NCBI GenBank assembly: GCA_046538485.1
Contig: JBKHIT010000059.1
Coordinates: forward strand, 1 to 31,962
Length of the DNA stretch: 31,962 nucleotides
Source of the DNA: Candidatus Brocadiia bacterium
GTDB taxonomy: Bacteria > Planctomycetota > Brocadiia > SM23-32
Direction of reading: 5' to 3'
Shown here piece by piece: positions 25,368 to 31,962 of this stretch. How positions within the stretch are numbered: the first letter of the stretch is position 1; each line of letters starts with the position of its first letter. Under the pieces are notes generated by a model. It was not told where the DNA came from, did no database searches, and saw only the letters and a program-made list of their open reading frames with translations. The translations under genes were made by a program, and so were the position numbers.

Positions 25368-26549
25368 ATGAATGATACGCCGGTTTCTGTCATAATTCCT
25401 GTCCAGGCCGCGCCCGAACAAGTCAGCTCTTGCATCCGGGCCGTTCGTGACCAGGATTACAAACCGGTGGATCTGATCGTCGTTGCCGATTCTCAAAAAT
25501 ATGGAGAGTTGCCGGACGACTGCCGGTTCGTCGAAACGGAAGCTCCAACTGGGATTGCAGACGCGCTCAATGCAGGCATCGCCGCAGCCAAAGGGGAAAT
25601 AGTCGTCTTGTTGATGCCCCATTGCCAGCCGGCAAACAAAAAATGGCTTACTGAATTAGTGCGGCCATTCGGAGACGAAGAAGTCGTTGCGACTTCCAGT
25701 GAACTTCATCTCGCCGACATAGAAAAACACAATCTCTCCTCCCGCTTAAATCGCGCCGAGGTAGCCCCTCGCCCGGCGGCTAACGCCGAGCCGACTGAGG
25801 TCCAGCTTCTGAGCCATAAGTCCGATGCTCTACGCAAGGAATTCCTCAAAAAAGAAAAGCGAGCGTATAATCCGTATTTTATACCACCCGGTGAATATGT
25901 CGATCTATCGCTACGGAGCAAATCCGCGGGGAAAAAGATACTTCTATGCCCCACCAGCCGCGTTGAATATAAAAACCCTCCCTTCGCCCGGTCGTTATCC
26001 GGCGTATATAAACACGCATTCCAACTCGGTGAGGCTGACGCTATGCTCGACCGGGTATGGAGCGTTGATTGGCTGGGATCGCGCGTGTTCGCGGCCGCAC
26101 TGCTCTCGTTTCTTCTCTTACCCGTCGCCGCTTTCAGCCTTCCTGTTGCCGTCGTCTTAGCGGGGCTGTTGTTCGCGTGGGGCTGGTTCCTGCCTTTCCA
26201 CATCCCTTTGGTAAAATGGGAATGGCCGCTCGCCCTTTTTAACCTCGCTATCTACACCACTATTGTGCTATCAATCCATAACCACTGGGCTCCCGCGATT
26301 TTCCCTCCACGAGAATCTCATCCGGCCATAATACGACAATGGTGTATTGTTATCGCTATGTGCGGCTCCTACTTTTTACTTTCTTTGGGGGCCGGATTTC
26401 GCACTGCCGTGCGTGCAACCGTTGGGCTTTCTGGAATTCTCCTTGTCCCATTGCTCACTATTCTGGCCGCTCTTTGGCACTGCGTAAAAGGGGCCGGATT
26501 TATTGTAGGATTCTTCAGCGCGGGAAAAGCACAAAACAGGGAAGATTGA
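25368..26549 (+). CDS. Glycosyltransferase family 2-like membrane protein (catalytic motifs degenerate)
   Basis: VSVIIPV, ALNAGIAAAKGEIVVLL, C-terminal TM helices. Confidence 0.75.
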   Translation: MNDTPVSVIIPVQAAPEQVSSCIRAVRDQDYKPVDLIVVADSQKYGELPDDCRFVETEAPTGIADALNAGIAAAKGEIVVLLMPHCQPANKKWLTELVRPFGDEEVVATSSELHLADIEKHNLSSRLNRAEVAPRPAANAEPTEVQLLSHKSDALRKEFLKKEKRAYNPYFIPPGEYVDLSLRSKSAGKKILLCPTSRVEYKNPPFARSLSGVYKHAFQLGEADAMLDRVWSVDWLGSRVFAAALLSFLLLPVAAFSLPVAVVLAGLLFAWGWFLPFHIPLVKWEWPLALFNLAIYTTIVLSIHNHWAPAIFPPRESHPAIIRQWCIVIAMCGSYFLLSLGAGFRTAVRATVGLSGILLVPLLTILAALWHCVKGAGFIVGFFSAGKAQNRED

Positions 26550-26621
26550 AAATCAACCCCCTGCCTTCTATAATCCCGCTGATCTAACGAATATTTCATT
26601 GCGTCGCTTTGAAAAAAAACT

Positions 26622-27572
26622 ATGGCAAACACCCCCCAGAATCATGTTGACATCTCAGTGGATCTCTGTGGGATTAAGCTGAGTAATCCCACGATCCTGG
26701 CGTCCGGCATTCTGGGTCTGTCAAAAGATCTCATGGCACGCGTCGCCGATAACGGCGCGGGCGCGGTCACCATCAAATCTGTCAGCCCCGAACCCCGCAA
26801 GGGCCACAACGGTCCCACGGTTATTGCCTACGAAGCAGGCCTCCTCAACGCCGTCGGCTACTCAAATCCGGGCGCCGACGAGGCCGCAAAAGAATTCGCA
26901 AAAATCGATGAACTGCACGTCCCCGCCTTCGCCAGCGTCGTCGCAACCGAACCTGAAGAATTTGCAGAAGTGGCTGAAAAACTGATGCCATGCGGATTCG
27001 CAGGCCTGATCCTGCCCCTCTCCTGCCCCCACACGCCGGGCTTCGGAGTTCTGGCCGGACACAGCACACCGGAAGCGACCGAAGAAATAACCCGAACCGT
27101 CCGCGAGACCACGGACAAACCGATTTTCGTTAAACTCTCCCCCAACGTCCCCGCCATCGGCGAACTGGTCCTGGCCGCACTGGAAGGCGGTGCCGACGGC
27201 ATATCCGCCGTCAACACGCTCGGACCCGGTATGATAATCGATATCGATACGGCGGAACCTGTGCTCGATTTCAAAGTGGGCGGCGTCTCAGGCCCCGCCC
27301 TGCGGCCGGTCGCTGTCCGTTGTGTCTACGATGCGTATCACGCGATGACGAAAGCGGGGAAAGTTGCACCGATTATCGGAATTGGTGGAGTTTCATCCGG
27401 CCAGCACGCTCTGCAAATGGTCATGGCCGGCGCGTCAGCCGTCGGCATCGGCACCGGTGTGTATGAAAGGGGATTCGAAGTTTTCGGTAAAGTGGCCGTT
27501 GAAATCCGCCAGAAATGTCTCCGACTTGAGGTCGATTTCCTCAGTGATCTGCGAGGAGCAGCCCATGCCTGA
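26622..27572 (+). CDS. pyrD: Dihydroorotate dehydrogenase family 1B catalytic subunit
   Basis: NPTILASG, NAVGYSNPG, SCPH, VKLSPN, GGVSG, IIGIGG; adjacent to pyrK. Confidence 0.93.
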   Translation: MANTPQNHVDISVDLCGIKLSNPTILASGILGLSKDLMARVADNGAGAVTIKSVSPEPRKGHNGPTVIAYEAGLLNAVGYSNPGADEAAKEFAKIDELHVPAFASVVATEPEEFAEVAEKLMPCGFAGLILPLSCPHTPGFGVLAGHSTPEATEEITRTVRETTDKPIFVKLSPNVPAIGELVLAALEGGADGISAVNTLGPGMIIDIDTAEPVLDFKVGGVSGPALRPVAVRCVYDAYHAMTKAGKVAPIIGIGGVSSGQHALQMVMAGASAVGIGTGVYERGFEVFGKVAVEIRQKCLRLEVDFLSDLRGAAHA

Positions 27573-28431
27573 CAGCCAGAAATCCGCCCTGTCGCCTCAG
27601 CTCCCAACCGTGCTTCCGTTGCTGGAGAAACGCGTCGAGACACCCCGTATGGTAACTCTCTTCTTCCCGGTCCCCGAACCCAAAGACGCCGCATTCTGCC
27701 CTGCGGACAGTCAGCCCGGCCAGTTTGTGATGCTCTGGATCCCGCGCATCGACGAAAAACCCTATGTCATCTCCAGTCTCTCCGATGACCGTTTTGGCAT
27801 CACGGTTCTGAAACGCGGGCCGTTCAGCACGCAGTTGCACGAAATGGAAACAGGAACGGAAATAGGCTTCCGGGGCCCCTACGGAAGGGGTTTTTGGGGC
27901 TGGGATAATGCCGTTGATCCGGCAAGAATCGCTCTCATTGGAGGAGGGTGCGGAATGGCCCCCCTCGCCCTGCTGGCAGACCAACTGTCGGACGCCAGAG
28001 TGATTCAGGGAGCTCCGTCTAACGACGAACTGCTTTTTAAGGAACGTTTCCACAACCATACTTGTTTTACCGAAGACGGCTCAGCGGGCCAAACGGGATT
28101 GCCGACGGCCTGGCTGGAACAGGCCCTGCAGAACGAGGAGCTCGATCGGGTCTATGCATGCGGTCCGGAAGTGATGATGCAGGCGGTCGTGGCCATGTGC
28201 CGGGCCAAAGACATCCCCTGCCAGGTGGCGCTGGAAAGATACATGAAGTGCGGTTTCGGCGTATGTGGTCAGTGCGAGTGCGACGGCAAACTCGTCTGCC
28301 AGGACGGCCCTGTCTTCAGCGCCGACGAACTCGAAGAAATGCCAAGTTTCGGCCGCCACCGACGGGACGGCACCGGACAAAAGATCCAGACAGCGGGACG
28401 GGACAGTTGTGCTACCGGCGAGCCCGGATAG
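27565..28431 (+). CDS. pyrK: Dihydroorotate dehydrogenase electron transfer subunit
   Basis: PGQFVMLW, RGPYGRGF, GGGCGMAP, ACGPEVMM, ERYMKCGFGVCGQC..VCQDGPVF; ATG overlaps the pyrD end. Confidence 0.93.
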   Translation: MPDSQKSALSPQLPTVLPLLEKRVETPRMVTLFFPVPEPKDAAFCPADSQPGQFVMLWIPRIDEKPYVISSLSDDRFGITVLKRGPFSTQLHEMETGTEIGFRGPYGRGFWGWDNAVDPARIALIGGGCGMAPLALLADQLSDARVIQGAPSNDELLFKERFHNHTCFTEDGSAGQTGLPTAWLEQALQNEELDRVYACGPEVMMQAVVAMCRAKDIPCQVALERYMKCGFGVCGQCECDGKLVCQDGPVFSADELEEMPSFGRHRRDGTGQKIQTAGRDSCATGEPG

Positions 28432-28813
28432 ATCCTCGCCTGGTTCAGCAGAACTCACTCGCCAGTGCTGCAGCTGCGCGGAAGCCAAGCGCAGGAGTAT
28501 TTTCATACTTCAAGCGCAGGCTGACAAAGAAGATGCAGTGCTGGCGCCGTTCCCGAAGGGCGAACCGGCGTTTTCAGATTCAGAATACACCGTGTGTGCT
28601 GAGATCAGCCACTCAATGCAGTGTAACGTTTGTCTGTCGTGTCGTTTAGAATAATACTGCTTTTAGCTTCGTGAGAAATGCGGGGTAGAAAACACATTTT
28701 CAGCGCCGTCCGGGCGCCGTAGCGTTAGCTGCCTCCTTTCAGGCTCCTGTCTTCTGGCGAAAATGCGTGCCTCCGGACCTAACTGGCCCGGCCGTCATTG
28801 TTGATGCGCGACG

Positions 28814-28842
28814 ATATTAGCTGTTCATGTGTATAGTGTCAA
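28814..28842 (-). promoter_or_regulatory. Orphan sigma70-type promoter
   Basis: TTGACA-17 nt-TAATAT on the minus strand with no clear downstream ORF. Confidence 0.5.
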
Positions 28843-28981
28843 GTCTTTTTCAACGATGGATCAGGAGTTTTTTCAGGAACTTGTTTTCCAATAAGGGGTT
28901 GCGGACGACAAAAATATTTTTTTCTTTGCGGTCAGGAATCGGCGGATTCGCAAAGCGTCGGCGAAAACAGCACTTCTCCAC

Positions 28982-29147
28982 TCCAACCCCGGCCTGTCTG
29001 GTGGCAGAAATCATAGGGGCATTTTACCGGCTGGGGGGCGGGTTTTAAAGAATTACTCAGGCCGATCGGACAATATGACAGGCGAACAAACATCTGATGC
29101 GAGGTCGTCGGAGATTATTTTACGGCGGCAACGGGTGGTGGAGAATT
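28982..29147. repeat. About 165-nt direct repeat, copy 1
   Basis: Aligns by eye with 30081-30245, with about 26 differences. Confidence 0.92.
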
Positions 29148-29149
29148 GG

Positions 29150-29253
29150 TTACAGGCCGAAAACACCCCCCGAAAATCGCATGTAAGGCCCTCTGAGAGG
29201 GGTGTTATTGTCGTATCCTGTTGTCCTGCTGCCACTTGCGATGGTACGTCCCC
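29150..29253. repeat. Degenerate inverted arm A, inner end TGGTACGTCCCC (29242-29253)
   Basis: Collinear with the reverse complement of 29839-29942. Confidence 0.75.
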
Positions 29254-29258
29254 CCACT

Positions 29259-29726
29259 CTAGAAAATCCACTCACTGTGGGTATCCCGTTCTTTCTGACT
29301 GCCACTGCCCCAGAGTGGCCCCTTGCGTATTGTCGGGCCCGCACCGTATTCGGGAGAATCATACAGGGCCACAAACAGCTTGGAGGCATTCGAGCCACTC
29401 ATGTTCTGAGCGGCAAAAACGAGCACATCGCCAAGGCGCATGTCCTCCGGGCGCTTTTTCTCCTCCGACTGCAACAACTCCAGCCTCCCCGGCTGTGCAA
29501 GAAGGCGTTTCATGCCTTCCGTTGCCTCCTGGTCATCGATCAGAGCGAGGGTCCGCAGGGCCCATTCCAATCTCGCCGGGTCAGAGGCCTTTTCCGCGAA
29601 CGCCATCACCTCCTCTGTACTGACAGGCGGTTTCTTCTGGGCTGAGCTGGCGGCACTAGTCGCAGCCATCCAAATAAAGATCACAGACAGCACCACAGCT
29701 GCATTGCTTCTCAGTTTCTTTACCAT
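29259..29726 (-). pseudogene. 3'-truncated paralog (Y2) of the secreted protein at 30300..31685
   Basis: Signal peptide, then VMAFA..LEWALRTLA..MKRLL versus IAAFA..LKWAIRTLA..LKKLL. Ends at 155 aa, next to arm A. Confidence 0.75.
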
Positions 29727-29815
29727 TGCGATGGATCCTCCATTTTTCTCATCACTCTTGCTTGTAGCAGGTCCAGATCACCCTTTTTCTCATCGTAAGT
29801 TGATATTCCACGTAG
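29720..29815 (-). pseudogene. C-terminal remnant of gene X (copy 2)
   Basis: Reads LRGISTYDEKKGDLDLLQARVMRKMEDPSQW*, matching the ORF end at 31689; its stop overlaps the Y2 start region. Confidence 0.75.
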
Positions 29816-29842
29816 TCTTATTGGGGCGTAGTCTTATTGGGG
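29811..29842. repeat. Perfect tandem 16-mer x2 (CGTAGTCTTATTGGGG)
   Basis: Read directly; spans the arm B/cargo junction. Confidence 0.95.
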
Positions 29843-29942
29843 ACGTACCAGGACATTTTATTGCTCAAACAGTGGTTACGGATCTCAAGGGGCCTCTCGA
29901 AGGGCTTAGTGCCGATTGTTGGGGTGTCAAAATCGCCCGTAA
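29839..29942. repeat. Degenerate inverted arm B, inner end GGGGACGTACCA (29839-29850)
   Basis: Its reverse complement aligns with 29150-29253. Confidence 0.75.
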
Positions 29943-30080
29943 GACGGGGAACTGTCGCGGGCATTCCAGCCGGTTCCGCTCTCTCCGCTGGTAGTCGGCA
30001 CCCGGACTCGACCCGCAGGTTCCGCAACTGCCGTCTGTCGAGGTGCTGTCAGTCCGAACAGCATCCATGCCCATATCCTG

Positions 30081-30245
30081 TCCAACCCCGGCCTGTCTCG
30101 TGGCAGAAATCATAGCAGCATTTTACCGTCTGGAGGGCGGATTTTAAAGAATTACTGCGGCGGAACGGACAATCTGAGAGGGCAATGAACATCTGGTGCC
30201 AGGTCACCGGAGATTATTTGCGGGGGCAACGGATGATGGGGAATT
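30081..30245. repeat. About 165-nt direct repeat, copy 2
   Basis: Aligns with 28982-29147. Confidence 0.92.
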
Positions 30246-30299
30246 ACAGAGCTTTTGATGCGATAGCCTCATTGGAATCGGCATCGGCAGCGAGCTGCG

Positions 30300-31685
30300 T
30301 CACTTCTCTGCCTCTTCCTTTTTCGCTTCCTTCTTCTTCTCCCGTTGCTGCTTTTTGTATTTTTCTGCCTTTTTGGCCAGCATGTCCCTGATATTCTGGA
30401 GTTTTCTGCGCTCCTTTTCGGTCAGCGGCCGATGGTTCTGGTAGAGGAGATGGTCGAAAAAGTCCACGTACGCGCTCGCATGCTTATCAGGGACATCTTC
30501 GTAATCTGGCAGCTTCTGCTCAGGTTCTCCTGGCTCCAACTGGGCGCGCTCGGCGAGGATGAAATCATTCAAAATCCATTCAGCCTTCTCGGGTGAGAAG
30601 CGAAGATAAGACAGCACCAACGATCGAAACCGTTTCACCTGATCACGCTCATTCGCTTTCTCAGGTGCGTTCTGCTGCAACCTTTCATATTCCCGAGCCT
30701 TCTCGGCGAGAATGCTTTTTATGCGTTTTAATTCCCACGTTTCTTCATCAGTCAGCGGCCGGTGATCCTGGTTTAAGAGGCGGTCAATAGGCTTGAGGAA
30801 TAATTTCGCTTCGTGCATCGGAACGTCTTCATAGGAGGGAAGTTTCTGGTAAGGCTGCTCCCATTCCGCATCGTTCTGAACTGGATCGGGAACTCCGACG
30901 TGATGGGCGAGTAGGTCAGGCAACACGAGCCCGGCAAAGTCAGGCTCCGATTCCGCGTGTTTCATGTAACAATCGACTATAAACTGAAATATTAGAGGGC
31001 GGTCCCGAAATTCCTTGACACGGCCCGCTACCGATCCAACGCGCTTATAAAAAGGGTCCTTATCACCTATCTCCCACAGCGCTTCCACCGCCTCCTCAGT
31101 GCCGATCCGCCCCAGGGCCGGCTCCTCGTAACTGGAAGATCCGCGACTCAGTGCTTTTTTCTGAAGTGCCTTAATAAGCTCGGGGGTGGCATCCTCAATA
31201 TAGCCCGCCGCTATCGACAGCCCCCACGAACGGCGATGCGCCGTGCTATGCAAAATACCTGTTTCGTTGCCCCTATGTGGCTCCAACAAACGGAAATGCT
31301 TTGATTGAAAAAGATGCGAAAATAAGTCAGATGCTTTTGGGCCGTCAAGATTCGTAGCCAGAAAGCGCAGGACCTCGAACAGATCGTTTTCCGTTGGAAG
31401 CTGAAGCTCCAGCCGAACGACACGCGACCAGCGAAAAAGCCGCATCAGAACTTCCTCATTGGTAAGCAGCTTCTTCAGTTCCGTGACCGAATCCTCGCTT
31501 CCTTCAACAGCCAGCGTCCGGATTGCCCATTTGAGCTCCTTTACGTTCCGGGTGCCACGTGCGAATGCCGCTATCTTCTTCACATCTGCCGGCAGTTTCC
31601 CCCGTTGCGCGCCGGCGTAAGCCAGCACGCTCGCTCCCGCAAGCAACACTGCCACAATCCATACTGAGTTTTTTTTATGCCTCAT
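30300..31685 (-). CDS. Secreted alpha-helical (HEAT-like) hypothetical protein Y1 with duplicated C-terminal domain
   Basis: Signal peptide (..SVLAYA), ALGRIGTEEAVEAL, and two QKLPxYEDVP...HRPLT units; GGAGG upstream. Confidence 0.85.
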   Translation of the reverse strand: MRHKKNSVWIVAVLLAGASVLAYAGAQRGKLPADVKKIAAFARGTRNVKELKWAIRTLAVEGSEDSVTELKKLLTNEEVLMRLFRWSRVVRLELQLPTENDLFEVLRFLATNLDGPKASDLFSHLFQSKHFRLLEPHRGNETGILHSTAHRRSWGLSIAAGYIEDATPELIKALQKKALSRGSSSYEEPALGRIGTEEAVEALWEIGDKDPFYKRVGSVAGRVKEFRDRPLIFQFIVDCYMKHAESEPDFAGLVLPDLLAHHVGVPDPVQNDAEWEQPYQKLPSYEDVPMHEAKLFLKPIDRLLNQDHRPLTDEETWELKRIKSILAEKAREYERLQQNAPEKANERDQVKRFRSLVLSYLRFSPEKAEWILNDFILAERAQLEPGEPEQKLPDYEDVPDKHASAYVDFFDHLLYQNHRPLTEKERRKLQNIRDMLAKKAEKYKKQQREKKKEAKKEEAEK

Positions 31686-31688
31686 TCT

Positions 31689-31960
31689 TTATTCCTCCGT
31701 ACCAGACCAATTACTCGGATCCGCGGGCACTCCCCGCATCCCCACTGCCTGGAGCAGATCAAGATCGCCCTTCCGAAAATCTTGCGGCGGATAGCCATGA
31801 TATAGCAAGCTATCCATGTTTTCCGGCCGTATCCGGGTCCGGCCGTATCCGGGTCGGCCGTATCCGGGTCGGACCAACACAAGTCCTTATGTGAACTCAC
31901 CTTTCCGCCGTAGTAAACATTCGGTAAAGTGCGTTGCAGCAGGGGGAGATCAGTCGCTGC
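31689..31960 (-). pseudogene. 3' end of gene X (copy 1), entering from the window edge and frameshifted by a tandem repeat
   Basis: Open frame ..NVYYGGKVSSHKDLCWSDPDTA, then in another frame ENMDSLLYHGYPPQDFRKGDLDLLQAVGMRGVPADPSNWSGTEE*. Confidence 0.65.
31823..31869. repeat. Tandem repeat (C)CGGCCGTATCCGGGT x3 (16+16+15 nt)
   Basis: Read directly from the sequence. Confidence 0.95.
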
Positions 31961-31962
31961 AG

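Noticed and set aside
29818..30115. Short ORFs (69-92 aa) between arm B and the repeat
   Set aside because: They overlap repeat and arm sequence and show no recognisable protein features or transposase motifs.
28982..30245. DGR template/variable repeat pair
   Set aside because: Differences are not adenine-specific, neither copy lies in a gene 3' end, and no reverse transcriptase is present.
28982..31869. CRISPR array or integron attC interpretation of the repeats
   Set aside because: No regularly spaced 23-47-nt repeats with unique spacers, no cas or intI gene, and no clear RYYYAAC/GTTRRRY-bounded sites.

Overview
Bacterial chromosomal window, probably from a deep-branching Planctomycetota lineage (inferred from a short ~111-nt 5S rRNA, an anammox-type extra helix near 16S position ~157, and a GCGAAACCC 16S signature; the anammox-specific Amx368 site is absent). 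Positions 1-28431 are mostly housekeeping genes: comF-like, def-fmt-DUF116, HU/IHF, queC, two flavoproteins, an MFS transporter, rny with a 6S-like RNA candidate upstream, a complete minus-strand rRNA operon (16S, tRNA-Ile, tRNA-Ala, 23S, 5S) with tandem promoters, tsaC, a sigma54 response regulator, dtd, an internally deleted GGDEF gene, an SbcD/SbcC(YhaO/YhaN)-like pair, a degenerate GT2 and pyrD-pyrK. The last ~3.5 kb is an accessory region with a duplicated two-gene module: gene X, whose C-terminus resembles a metallopeptidase tail, followed by a secreted helical protein Y. One copy is a ~585-bp fragment cut inside both genes. It sits between ~100-nt degenerate inverted arms that end in a perfect 12-bp inverted repeat (TGGTACGTCCCC). 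Both Y genes are followed by the same ~165-nt promoter-containing repeat. The rRNAs deviate at several normally near-invariant sites, including universal primer sites and the 23S A-loop.
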